Assembly (NCBI GenBank): GCA_977017645.1
Contig: OZ360224.1
Span: 129,146,001 to 129,210,000, forward strand
Length of the DNA: 64,000 nucleotides
Direction: 5' to 3'
Source of the DNA: Torpedo marmorata
Lineage: Eukaryota
Positions within the stretch are counted from its first letter, which is position 1. Each line of letters begins with the position of its first letter. The position numbers were made by a program, and so were the translations under genes. The notes beneath the pieces are model-generated. The model made no database searches. It was not told the DNA's origin and saw nothing but the letters and a program-made list of their open reading frames with translations. Shown piece after piece: positions 35,201-47,460 of the stretch.

Positions 35201-36908
35201 TGAATAAACTTAATATTCAAGGAAGAAGGTCAAGAATTATGTTGAAAACCATGGGACAAGAAAAGGTCATTGAAACCAGCATTGTTTCAGGCTGAGAGGT
35301 TGCTGGATTGGATGACAAAAAATGTTGTGATCTTCCAAGTTTATATACTCAGAAGACTATGCCTGTGCATGAAGGAAACATTCCTCATCAAAATGATTTC
35401 CATCATTTGTCTTATCTGTCGAAGTTTTATTTACCTGAAATTAACTCTGAGATAGAAATGCTGATTGGTTCAGATGTGCCAAAGGTTTTGGAACCACTAG
35501 AAGTAATACGGAGTAGAAGGAATGGACCTTACGCTGTTAGAACCAAGCTTGGTTGGACAATCAATGAACCATTGGAAAGAAATAATGATATTGCTCAGGA
35601 ATAGTTAGCGATAAATATTAACAGGATTTCAGTTGTGAAAGTTGATGAGTTAAGGGAAGAGCAAAAGACTGTGAATAAGAAAGTCACTTTTGAAGAAAAG
35701 AAAATAGATCAATGTGAAAATAAATCAAAGATATTTAAAACAACATTGAAGGAATTATGTTCATCAGAAATGGATAAAAATGAAGAATTAGAAGATGTTG
35801 CAAATAATACTATTGATTATTCATGTGTAATTGAATCAGATGCAGGAATAAAACAAGTGACTGAAAACAAATCTGAAAGTAGATTTTGTAGTTCAGAGGT
35901 TACAACAGACAAAGTTAATGAAGAAATTTTGCAATGTGATGTAAAACTGGAGAACGCAGAAAATTGTGCTGATGGAATAAAGAAGAATGTGAATGATAAT
36001 TTAATGCAATTGAATTCAGAAAACAAAATGTTGAAAGGGGAATTGGAAATAGTAGATTATCATGAAAACAGTAAACAGAAAGATTTAATTGTAAGTAAAA
36101 TTCGCAAAGTCAGAAAGCAGAAGAAAAGAATGACTGCTGAAGAAATAAATACAGTTATTGAGGAAAGAGATTCAGCATTATCAAAATGTAAAAGGTTGGA
36201 GGAAGAGATTAATATTTTGAAAGAGAACAAGTTATTGGTTAATAACACAAAACAGTTGACTATAGAAAACAATCAAGAATGTAAATTGAATGTTCAGCTA
36301 CTAATAATGCAGAAAGAAAGTGATATTGTATTGCAGAAATGTAACAAACAAAATTAAGAAATTTAAAAATTTCAAGTTTACCTCAGCAGGGTTGACAATA
36401 GAAATATCAATGTACCACATGATATTTTCACTTCAGATCAAGTTATTAATTTCTCGGAAGGAACTGAGACTGAATTGAAAGTTGCAAAATTGGATTTGGA
36501 ATTGCAGGAAAAGGCAATAGAAACCAGAGTGGTTAAAGAGACTAATTTTTTTAAAATTGAGAGAATCAGATAAATATTCAAATTCTTCACATGAGAAATG
36601 GAATGCTGAAGAAGTGCCTCGTGTTAAATTCAAAATAAAAACTGTATCTATTTTGTCTGAGGAAGATTTGAGGTTTACTGGTCGACGTTTTAACTCAAAG
36701 ATTCTGGAGATAAAAGAACTTTGAGGAGACATTGTAATTATTATGGACGATTCAGTTCCAAGAAACTCCTGGTTACTTGAAAAAATTATTGAGACTATTC
36801 AGGACAAAAGGGGACTTGTGTGTCAAGTTCGAATTAAAACTAAGACCGACTTTCTAAATAGACCTATTAACAAGGTCTGCCTTCTGTTAGAGACGGAGGA
36901 TCTTTGAT
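32228..36908 (+). pseudogene. Disrupted BEL polyprotein: SAP-like domain, coiled coil, Gag, knuckles, protease, MIPOL1-like coiled-coil cargo, BEL C-terminal domain
   Basis: Fragments 34756-35295, 35308-35604 and 35635-36357 are in the same frame, separated by single stops. No RT, RNase H or DDE motifs occur between the protease and the C-terminal domain. A LINE interrupts at 33181-33889. Confidence 0.8.
33181..33889 (-). mobile_element. 5'-truncated Rex1/Babar-type LINE inserted into the BEL gag
   Basis: ORF 33339-33950 ([14 protein letters not shown]...IRFLNNQ) is near-identical to the other copies. (TCAGAA)n tail at 33181-33195. Confidence 0.92.
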
Positions 36909-37270
36909 AAATACAAACTGACCTTATTTGTTGTTGTATACTTCACAGGTTACAGACTTTTGTTGATTCAGAGTTATGGTAAACTCTGGTCTTATGAAGA
37001 AAGAAGAAAGAAGATTTGTATATTGTTTGAATGTTATATGGTTATTGTTATTTTTAATTGATTGTGTAATTATTATTTAAGACATTGCGACTAATTATAA
37101 TAATTAGGGGCCGGTTTAGTTTAGTTACTTACCTTTATCGCGGCGTTCCGATGGTCTCGGCGGGGTTCAGAGGAGTCGCGGTGTTTAGTAGGCCATGCTA
37201 GGCCTATTTAGTACTCTGCACATGCGCGGGAGTGCCGACGGGCGCATGCGCAGTTGGGAAGTGTCGGCAG

Positions 37271-37367
37271 TGTGCGCGGTGGCGTATGCGCGGTGGAGTA
37301 TACGCGGTGGAGTATGCGCGGTGGAGTATGCGCGGTGGAGTATACATGGTGGAATATGCACAGTGAG
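37271..37367 (+). repeat. 14-bp tandem repeat in the BEL 3' LTR
   Basis: About 7 units of TATGCGCGGTGGAG with degenerate ends. Confidence 0.85.
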
Positions 37368-37809
37368 CATGCGCGAATCGGGGAAGAAAGAATAGAAAAA
37401 GATGGCAACGGAGGAGGGTGAGTGAGATCACCATATCTTTAATTGACCATTTCATTGATCGTTTAAAGTCGTTTCATTGAATGTTTAAAGACATTTAAAG
37501 GACATTTAAAGGAATCGTTTAAAGGAAAATATTAAGCATCATTATCAAAAATTGTTTATATTTTGTTTTAAAGAAGATATTTAAGTCATTGAAGATTGCT
37601 ACAAGTCACGTGTGTAAATAAAGTTTTTTGAACATATTGGACTTGTTAGTAAATTAATTGAAACGCGTCAAGAACAAGTATCTCACCTAGCCTCCAAGTG
37701 ACTATTGTTGGATTGAAGTCACTATAGTGTTCATGAGAGACTATTCCCTTCAAATACAAAGATCAACATCCATCAGGTTTCCCATCCAATTTTACCACTT
37801 TACCACTCA

Positions 37810-38495
37810 GCGCAGTGCAGTGGCACAGGAGTAATACAGATATCCTGACTGCCAATGCTTTGTGCGAAGTTCACATTTTTTCCCCGTGATCAAGTAAGTT
37901 TCCCCCAGGTGCTCCAGTTTCCCAAAGAAGTGCTGGTTGGTAGGCTAATTGGAGACTGTAAATCAGTGGTTTTCAAACTTTTTCTTTCCACTCACATACC
38001 ACCTTAAGTAATCCCTTTGCCATAGTTGCTCTGTGATTAGTAAGGGATTACTTAAGGTGGTATGTGAGTGCGAAAAAAAGGTTGAGAACTACTGATCTGG
38101 ACCCAATTGTTACTGAAATATTTTGCTTGAGAAAAATTATCATTGGCCCATTTCCTTTGGAGTTATGAAACCGTGCACATAACGAGTCAATTAGGTACGA
38201 TTAAAACAGTGGTTTTCAAACCTTTTCTTTCCACTCACATACCACCTTAAGTAATCCCTTACTAATCACAGAACACCTATGGCATAGGGATTACTTAAGG
38301 TGGTATGTGAGTGGAAAGAAAAAGTTTGAAAACCACTGCTGTAAATTATCCCTAGTATTATTGGATGGCAAGGTAATACTAGATTTGATGGACTTGATAG
38401 GGAATAAATTGCAGAAAATAAGTGGAGGGATGGGATTAAGGAGCTCATTCTGAGAGCCAGCATTGACTCAATGAGCTGAATGGCCATCTATGTTG
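37810..38495 (+). repeat. Degenerate V-SINE interrupted by a hAT element
   Basis: V-domain remnant TTCCCCGTGATC...TTTCCCCCAGGTGCTCCAGTTTCCC. The SINE continues after 38346 and ends GAGCTGAATGGCC. Confidence 0.55.
37964..38338. mobile_element. Composite hAT-type MITE: two palindromic units of about 131 bp in inverted orientation around a 112-bp spacer
   Basis: Units 37964-38094 and 38207-38338 each begin CAGTGGTTTTCAAAC and end ...ACTG. 8-bp TSD CTGTAAAT at 37956-37963 and 38339-38346 flanks the whole structure. Confidence 0.88.
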
Positions 38496-38644
38496 TAAAA
38501 AAATAACATGTAGTAAAAATAGAGACATTCTACATCGAACAAATCATGATCTCCTCCCAGGCAGTGATGTGGAAAATTAGATACTCTGTGCTTTTGTTCT
38601 CAGATCAACCTAAGGTGGAATCGCCCTCCTCGATTAATCTACAT

Positions 38645-38865
38645 CAGCCATTCTCAACCTTTTTATGACTATGGCCTCCTTAGGACTCCAAAGTCTATGG
38701 GCCCCCTTCCCTGTGAAGCAGTCAAGTTTAGTTGGTTTCTCCCATACTTCTCTTCTACCAACTAAATAAAAAACATGTATTTTTTTATTTCAGCCCATGC
38801 CCCCCCCCCCCTTAAATGTGCTGTGGTTCCCAGGGCAGCCGTATGGCCCCAGGTGAGAACGGTTG
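38645..38865. mobile_element. hAT-type MITE
   Basis: TIRs CAGCCATTCTCAACC and AGGTGAGAACGGTTG. 8-bp TSD ATCTACAT at 38637-38644 and 38866-38873. Confidence 0.82.
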
Positions 38866-40561
38866 ATCTACATCATGGCTTCCAGTATTTCCTTCTGTGT
38901 TCTATGCAGCTTCCAAGTTTAATTAAGTAAACACCATCTCAATATAATTTTTTTGCTGTAATAATAAAATAAAAGGTTAGACACAAGAGCATCAAAATGT
39001 TTGGCACAGAGCATTACTTTATGCTTTCCTACTGGAAGAAAATTTGGCATTGCACTCAAGATATTGTGTAAATTTTTTATTTCATAATGCTTATCCTGTG
39101 TGGAATGTAGCTCTTCCTCCTACCTTCAATATCCCTTCTCCTTTCGAAATGAGCTGACATCTACTATCGGGATTACAAGTCTTCAATCTGCAGCAACTGT
39201 CCACATCACAGTATTAATTTGTCTCATCAATAAATTCCATACTCTCACGATTTGTATCAGTGTTCTTGTATCTTCTTTACTAGCTTTATTGGCTTTGTAA
39301 ACTGATTTGCTCCAATGTTATGGGCCTAAAGTTAATTACAATTTCACATGTTAAATTTAAACTCTCTTCATGCTGAAAGCTGCAAATGAATCAAGTTTAA
39401 GTCTCACCACAAGATACTTGTTACTCCGGGCTTCTTCTGTGTGAAACAATTTCTCTTATGAATGAATATTCAGTAATAGCTGGTATTGGCAGCAAGGAAC
39501 AAATGAGATACTTTAGGAATATAAGAAATGCAAGATAACACTTAAGAAGGAAATCAGTAGAGCTAAAAGAAGGCATGAGGTTGCTCTGTCTGATAAGGTG
39601 AAGGAAAATCCCAAGGGCTTCTATAGATATATTAAGAGCAAAAGGACAGCAAGGGACAACATTGCTCCTCTTAAAGATCAGAGTGGTCACCTATGCATTG
39701 ATTTTAAATGAATATTTTGCATCTGTATTTACTCAGATGAAGGACACAAAGTCTATAGAAGTGAGGCTAAACAGCAGTGAGGTAATGAACAGATTACAGA
39801 GGAGGAGGTGGTTGCTGTCTTGAAGCAAAAAAAAGGTGGATAAATCCCCAGGACATGACAAGGTATTCCCTTGGATCTTGAGGGAGGCGAGTGTAAAAAT
39901 TGCAGGGGCTCTAGCAGAGATATTTAAAATGACTTTAGCCATGGGTGTGGTGTCAGAGGATTGGATGTTGTTCTGCTGTTTAAGAAAGGCTCTAAGAATA
40001 ATCTGGGAAATTATAGGCCGGTGAGCCTGACATCACTTGTGGATACGTTGATGGAAAGTATTCTATGAGACTGATATATAAGTACTTGGATAGACAGGGA
40101 ATGATTAGGGGTAGTCTACATGGCTTTGTGTGTGGTAAGTCATGTCTAATCAATCTTATAAAATTTTTTGAGGAGGCTACCAGGAAAGTTGATGACAGAA
40201 AGGCAGCGGATGTTATCTACATGGACTTTAGTAAGGCCTGAATAGGAAGTTAGTCAAGAAGGTTCAGTCGCTCGGTATTCAGGATGAGGTAGTAAATTGG
40301 ATTAGACATTGGTTTTGTGGGAGAAGCCAGAGAGTGGTAGTAGATGATTGCCTTTCTAACTAGAGGCCTGTGACTAGTGGTGTGCCTCAGGGACCGGTGC
40401 TGGGTCCATTGTTGTTAGTCATCTGTATCAACGATCTGGATAATAATGTGGTAAATTGGATCAGCAAATTTACAGATGACAGTAAGATTGGGAGTGTAGT
40501 GGACAGCAAGAATGGCTCTCAGAGCTTGCAGCAGGATCCACACCAGTGGGGAAAATTGGCT

Positions 40562-43500
40562 TGTGGTAAACCACTGTTGTACCACTGTTGTATATGTTGT
40601 ATACTATGGGCTAGGGGCAAGCCTGATCATGTCCTGTCTGTTTGTCCCGGTGACTCCTCCCCCTCTCCCCTGGAATAAAGGCCTTGAGCCACTGACTCCA
40701 CCCTCAGTTCCGGGACAGTCCAGCAGGTATCAACAGGTCTAATGTAGCTTGGCACTGGCCTGAATTACTGTTAATAAAAGCCTGTTGATCCCCAGTACTT
40801 CTTGCCTTGCGTAAGTCATTGATAGGCATATCAATTTTATTAACAGTTTTAAGTCTGATGGAGAATTTTTTGAGGCCAGACAAGCTAGACATCGACCCCC
40901 TGGCCCAAGACGTCGCAAGTACCTTTGAACTCTGGCTACGCTGCTTCAAACCGTTCCTGAGGTCGACCAGAGCGGTCAGCGACGAAGACAAACTCGACAT
41001 CCTCATGTCTAGGGTAAGCCCACGGGTGTATAACACCGTCAGAGACTGTCAAATGTACGAGGATGCCTTAGGAGCCCTTAAAAGACTGTACCTGACGCCT
41101 GTGAACGCGGTCTACGCGAGGCACAGGTTATCGCAACGGCGCCAGCGACCCGGAGAGTCGATCTCCGAGTACATCCAGGACGTGCAGCTACTGGTGCGGG
41201 CGTGCGATTGCCAAGCCCTGATGGCTGAGCAGCACGCTGAACTGTTGGCAAGGGACACGTTTATTATGGGGCTCAGGTCGGTTTACATTCGCCAGCGATT
41301 GCTGGAACACGCCGACCTGACCCTTAAATCTACCGTCCAGACGGCCCTCACACTGGAGGCTGCGCTCAGGAACTCTGACGCTATGCAGGCGCAGCCTGCC
41401 TCGTGGATCACCCCAACCGCCAGCTCTGCAAGCGACGTGACTGCCGCTGCCGTCTACCACGACCCGATCGCCGCCGCCGCCGCTATCCATGAGTTGGCCG
41501 CCGCCGCCGCTACCCGGGAGCCCACCAACGCCATCCGTGAGTTAACCGCCGCGGCCGTTACCCGGGAGCCCGAGAAGTGTTACTTCTGCGGGCTCGACAA
41601 ACACCCACGCAAACGCTGCCCGGCCCGAGACGCGACTTGTTCTAGCTGCGGCAAGAAAGGCCACTACGCTAAGGCCTGCCGCTCCAAGCCGCGTGCGGGT
41701 CCGAGCAGCGCCGCGTGCGAAGTAAGGGAGCGGCCATCTTACCTGTCATCACTTCCGGCGGTGACCTCGTGCGAGGAATGGAGGCGGCCATCTTGGTCCC
41801 CGGCACTTCCGACACCGTCACTTCCGGCGCGGCCATTTTATAGCCTCACCGTGGCACTTCCAGCACTTCCGGCGCCGCCATCTTGCAGCGACACGTGCGA
41901 CCTACGGGGGCAGCCATCTTCGTCAGCGTCGGATCAAGACGGCACGTCGGATCAAGACCACGTCCCGACCCTGGCATCCGTGACGCTGGATCAGAGCGCG
42001 CCCCATCAGCTGTCCAGATCGATGATGGACATATTAGTTGAGGGGCATAAGACTACCTGCCTGTTCGACACAGGCAGTACTGAAAGCTTTATTCATCCGG
42101 ACACCGTCCAGCGCTGTGGCCTCACAATTGTACCGGTAAGCCAGAGGGTGGCCATGGCGTCTGGAAGACACACAACAGACATCCGGGGGATTGTGTGGCG
42201 AACATAGTGGTACAGGGCATGGAATATCAGGGGTTTTCGTTGTTAGTCATGCCCCGTTTGTGTGCTCCTGTATTGCTGGGACTGGACTTCCAAAGCCACC
42301 TGCGAAGCGTCACCATGCACTATGATGGACCCCACCCTCCGATCGTAGTGACTAACCCCCAGTATTTGAGCAATACGCCCCAAACTACCTGTGGTCTCTC
42401 CACGCTGAAGATCCAACCCCCGTCACTTTTCGCCAACCTGACCCCTGACTGTAAGCCTGTGGCAACTAAAAGTAGGCGATACAGTGCAGGGGACAGGGCA
42501 TTCATTAAGGCGGAGGTGCATCGTCTACTGGGGGAAGGGATCATCGCACCCAGTAACAGCCCCTGGAGAGCTCAGGTAGTCGTAGTGAAGAACGGGGCCA
42601 AGAGCCGGATGGTGGTGGACTACAGTCAAACCATTAACAGGTTCACGCAACTGGATGCTTATCCGCTGCCGAGAATCGCGGATATAGTCAACCAGATTGC
42701 ACATTATAAAATCTTTTCCACTATAGACCTAAAGTCGGCATACCACCAACTTCCGATTCGCCAGGAAGACCGAGCGTACACCGCTTTCGAGGCGGACGGC
42801 AGGTTATTCCATTTCCTGCGCGTCCCCTTCGGGGTAACAAACGGGGTATCTGTGTTTCAACGGGAGATGGACAGGATCGTTGACCAGTTCAAACTAACAG
42901 CCACCTTCCCGTACCTGGATGACATTACCATTTGCGGTCATGATCGCCAGGACCATGATAGGAACCTTCGGAAGTTCCTGCAGGCGGCCAAGACGCTGAA
43001 CCTCACATATAACAAGGAGAAATGCGTGTTCGGGACTACCCGACTCGCTATCCTGGGGTGCGTCGTGGAGAACGGGGTGATTGGACCCGACCCCGACCGC
43101 ATGCGCCCCCTGTTGGAACTTCCGATTCCCCATACCCCCAAAGCCCTTAAACGATGCCTCGGGTTCTTCTCGTATTATGCGCAGTGGGTCCCAAACTACG
43201 CGGATAAAGCCCGACCCCTCGTCAAGTCCACCAAGTTTCCCCTGGCAGCAGAGGCACGTGAGGCTTTCGACCTCATAAAAGGGGACATCGCCCGAGCAGC
43301 GATGCACGCGGTGGACGAGTCGGTACCTTTTCAGGTGGAGAGTGACGCATCGGACTTCGCACTGGCTGCTACCCTCAACCAGGCGGGAAGACCGGTAGCG
43401 TTTTTTTCACGCACCCTTCAAGGCCCCGAAATTCGGCACTCCGCGGTAGAGAAAGAGGCCCAGGCCATAGTTGAGGCTATTCGGCACTGGAGGCACTATC

Positions 43501-45240
43501 TCGCCGGAAAACATTTTACCCTGCTGACGGACCAGCGCTCCGTCGCATTCATGTTTAACAACCAGCAGCGGGGTAAAATCAAAAATGATAAAATCATGAG
43601 GTGGAGAATAGAACTCTCCACCTACAACTACGACATCCTTTACCGGCCCGGGAAGCTCAACAAGCCCTCCGATGCTCTATCCCGGGGATCGTGCGCCAGC
43701 GCGCAGATCGACCGGTTATACTCCCTCCATTGCGACCTCTGCCACCCAGGAGTTACCAGGCTGTTCCACTTCATAAAAGCACGGAACCTGCCTTACTCCC
43801 TGGAAGAGGTCAGGACTATGACCAGCAGCTGCCGAGTCTGTGCGGAATGCAAACCACAGTTCTACCGCCCCGACAAGGCACAGCTGGTCAAGGCCACCCG
43901 CCCTTTTGAACGTCTCAGTATCGACTTCAAGGGCCCCCTTCCCTCCACGAACCGCAACGTGTACTTTCTTAATATTATCGACGAGTACTCGCGGTTCCCC
44001 TTTGCTATCCCCTGCCCCGATACCTCGGCGGCCTCGGCTATTAAAGCCCTTCGCCAGGTATTCACCTTATTCGGGTTCCCCTGCTATGTCCATAGTGACC
44101 GGGGATCCGCGTTCATGAGTGAGGAACTGCAGCAGTACTTGCAGACCCGAGGCATCGCCACCAGTAGAACCACGGGGTACAACCCACGGGGAAACGGACA
44201 GGTGGAGAGGGAGAACGCCACTGTGTGGACAGCTACGCTACTGGCCCTGAAATCAAAAGGGTGGCCAGTGGCCCACTGGCAGGAGGTTCTCCCGGACGCC
44301 CTCCACTCTATACGATCCCTGCTATGTACCTCCACAAACACTACCCCTCACGAACGTCTCTTTTCCTTCCCTAGAAAATCGACCACCGGAACTACCCTCC
44401 CTGCCTGGCTGACGTCCCCGGGACCGGTGCTACTCCGCAAACACCTTCGGAGTAGCAAGTACGAGCCCTTAGTCGAGAGGGTGCAGCTGACCCATGCGAA
44501 CCCGCAGTACGCATTCGTGGTCTTCCCCGACGGGCGGGAAGACACGGTATCAATACGGGACCTGGCGCCTGCAGGAGCGTTGGAAGAGGTCCCCGACAGC
44601 GGGAACGCCTGGTCACAGCTGCTCCCTCCGCCCTCCCCGCCTCCCAGCACGGCAGGTACAACGCCTCAGCCGGAGCTGGACGAGCCACAAGCCAGGCAGG
44701 AGGCAACCCGGACCCGGGACCCCCCCACCCTCGTTCCACAACCACAACTACCATCATCGCCCGCGCCGTCACCGCAGGTCCTACGTAGGTCGCAGCGGCG
44801 AGCCCGACCGCCGGATAGACTCAACCTGTAGATGTGATGGTTGCGGCAACCCTACTATGTAGATAATATTTGTATATATTTGTGTGCACGCGGGATAACT
44901 GTGTGATTTATTAATTACGGTGGCCACTTCGCCCCCCCCGTCGGACTTGTTTTAAAAGAAGGGGTGAATGTGGTAAACCACTGTTGTACGACTGTTGTAT
45001 ATGTTGTATACTATGGGCTAGGGGCAAGCCTGATCATGTCCTGTCTGTCTGTCCCGGTGACTCCTCCCCCTCTCCCCTGGAATAAAGGCCTTGAGCCACT
45101 GACTCCACCCTCAGTTCTGGGACAGTCCAGCAGGTATCAACAGGTCTAATGTAGCTTGGCCCTGGCCTGAATTACTGTTAATAAAAGCCTGTTGATCCCC
45201 AGTACTTCTTGCCTTGCGTAAGTCATTGATAGGCATATCA
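40562..45240 (+). mobile_element. Full-length Ty3/Gypsy LTR retrotransposon (element B, sister of element A)
   Basis: 272-bp LTRs 40562-40833 and 44969-45240 (4 mismatches seen). 5-bp TSD TGGCT (40557-40561, 45241-45245). Same PPT as element A. Confidence 0.97.
40858..44831 (+). CDS. Gag-Pol polyprotein with one frameshift at about 42185-42190 (ORFs 40858-42207 and 42195-44831)
   Basis: Same domain set and motifs as element A (CCHC x2, DTGS, YLDD, RNase H, integrase). The G-run in the protease is one base shorter than in element A. Confidence 0.9.
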
Positions 45241-46539
45241 TGGCTACAAAATGGCAGATGGAATTTAATGCGGACAAGTGTGAGGTGTTGCACTTTGTGA
45301 GGATGAACCAGTGCAGGACATGCAAGGTATATGGTAGAGCACTGCAGAATGCAGTAGAATAGAGGGATCTGGGAATACAAATACATAATTCTTGAAAATA
45401 GCATCACAGGTAGATAGGGTTGTAAAGAGAGCTTTTTGCACATTGGCCTTCAGAAATCAAAGTATTGAGTACAGGAGTTGGGTTGTTATTTTGAAGTTGT
45501 CTAAGAAATTGGTGATGCCAAATTTGTATTGTGTGCAACTTTGGTCACTAACTTACAGGAAAGATATCAATAAAATTGACAAAGATCATTTACAAGGATG
45601 TTGCTAGAAATGTTGAGCTGAGTATAGGGAGAGGTTGAATAGGTTATGATTTTATTCCATTGAGCGTCAAAGAATGAGGGGAAATTTGATAGAGGGATAC
45701 AAAATTAGGAGGGATATAGATAGGGTAAATGCACACAGGCTTTTTCCACTGAGCTTCGCTGAGACAACATCGAGAGGACATGGATTTGAAGTAAAAGGTG
45801 AAATGATTAAGGGGAACATTAGGGGAAACTTCTTCACTCAGATGGGGTGGGAGTGTGGAACGAGCTGCCAGCAGAAGTGGTGGATTCGATTTCATCATTC
45901 AAGAGATGATTGCATAGGTTCATGAATGGGAGTGGCATGGAGGGCTATGGTCTGGGTGCAGGTCAATGGCACTAGATGGAATAATAGTTCAACATAGACA
46001 AGATAGGCTGAAGGGCCCATTTCTGAGCTATGGTGTACTATGGTTCTGGCTATTCTCTTTTACCTTTCCCTCCTTTAAACCATCCTATCATTACTATCCT
46101 CACCTTTTTTTGCAATCTATTATTGAATGGTAATCCCATGAATGCAATATAGATCTCAACCTTGAAGACATGGATTCGTGGTCTGTGAACTCTGCAAAAG
46201 TTAACCAATCATGTCCGAAACTTTTTTTCTTCTTTTCTCTTGCTCTAGCTTGCAATTGAGCCCAAAGCAAACATTTAATTCAAATGAAAAATTGCTTAAC
46301 TCTAAAGAAGAATAGAAGCAATAAATTAGATACTTAAATCCATTTTAAGTGCAGCTTTCAACACAAAAGGAGTATGAATTCAGTGTAGAATTTTTTCATC
46401 CAAGTCTATGTCAAGAGGTACTGATCCAGAATGAATATATTTAATTTGATGCAGAAATTATAGACTACAGGCAACTATGGTAACAATAGCAATGGTATTG
46501 GTTATTTGGCAGTCATATTTCCCTCACCCATATATCCTC

Positions 46540-47460
46540 TATTACCCGCACATCTGCCCCGCCCTCTCGCGCAACAAGGACAGGATTTCCCTTGTCAACA
46601 CCTACCACCCCACCAACCTCCACATCCAACATATGATTCTCCGCCATTTCCACCACCTATTATGTGATTCCACCACTAGACACATCTTCACTGCACCTCC
46701 CCTCACCGCCTTCCACAGGAACTGACCCCTCCGTGACTCCCTCGTCCACTTTCCCCTTCCCACCAATCGCTGACATGGCACCTACCCTTGTGACCGCAGG
46801 AAATGCTACACTTCCTCCCACACCTCCTCCCTCACCACCATTCGGGCCCCCCAACAGTCCTTCACTTGTGAATCTGCAAAGGTCAACTTCTCTACATCTG
46901 AGAGACCGGATGCAGACTGGGAGATCATTTTTTTGAGCACCTCGGCTCTGTCCGCCACAATAGTGGGGATCACCCAGCGGCCATCCTTTTCAATTCCCTG
47001 CTCCATTCCTTTGCCGACATGTCTGTTCATGGCCTCATGCACTGCCAGACTGAGACCACCTGCAAATGGAGGAACAACACCTCATATTCCATCTGGGCAC
47101 CTTCCATCCGGATGGCATTAACTTTGACATTTCCGGTTTCCTCTAGCTCTGTCTCTCTTTCTTTTCCCTTTTCCCTCTGTCTCCTTTACCCCAGCTCTGC
47201 ATTCACAGAGCCAAACCCCACCCCTCCCCCAATCAATTCTCACCTTTCCTCTCTCCTGACCTCCTCTCCCTATCCCATTAACACCTTATATCTCTAGGTC
47301 TGTACTCCTCCCCCTGCCCTTACTTTTAATTCAGACACCTGCCTGCTTTTTGCTTATACCTTGAAGAAGGGCTCAGGCCTGAAATGTTGGTTATATATCT
47401 TTACCTCCTATGGATGCTGCGAGACCTGTTGAGTTCCTCCAACACTTCTGTTTTTTTACG
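46540..47460 (+). mobile_element. Degenerate Penelope-like element, 3' part with terminal repeat
   Basis: NKDRISLVNTYHPTNLHIQHMILRHFHHL and decayed GIY-YIG region, then a pyrimidine-rich tract and pLTR-like end CCTTGAAGAAGGGCTCAGGCCTGAAATGTTGG...GGATGCTGCGAGACCTGTTGAGTTCCTCC. An inverted partial copy follows at about 47490-47590. Confidence 0.8.

Larger units (their letters stand above)
31713..37726 (+). mobile_element. Non-autonomous BEL/Pao LTR retrotransposon with pol replaced by cargo
   Basis: Starts TGTAAGAGCC and ends GAAGTCACTATA, with 5-bp TSD GTGTT (31708-31712, 37727-37731). LTR homology 31726-31840 vs 37115-37233. Coding: FDGDPLQY (DUF1759-like), three BEL-type Cys/His knuckles, YAFLDPGS protease, AVRTKLGW, and C-terminal GDIVII...PRNSW...RPINKVCLL. 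Confidence 0.9.
39490..46047 (+). mobile_element. Degenerate CR1 LINE split by Gypsy element B
   Basis: DKSPG.D, YRPVSL, DFSKA and TSGVPQGPVLGPLL occur before 40561. The sequence resumes at 45241 (KWQMEFNADKCEVLHF) and runs to a CTATGGTTCT tail. Confidence 0.88.
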
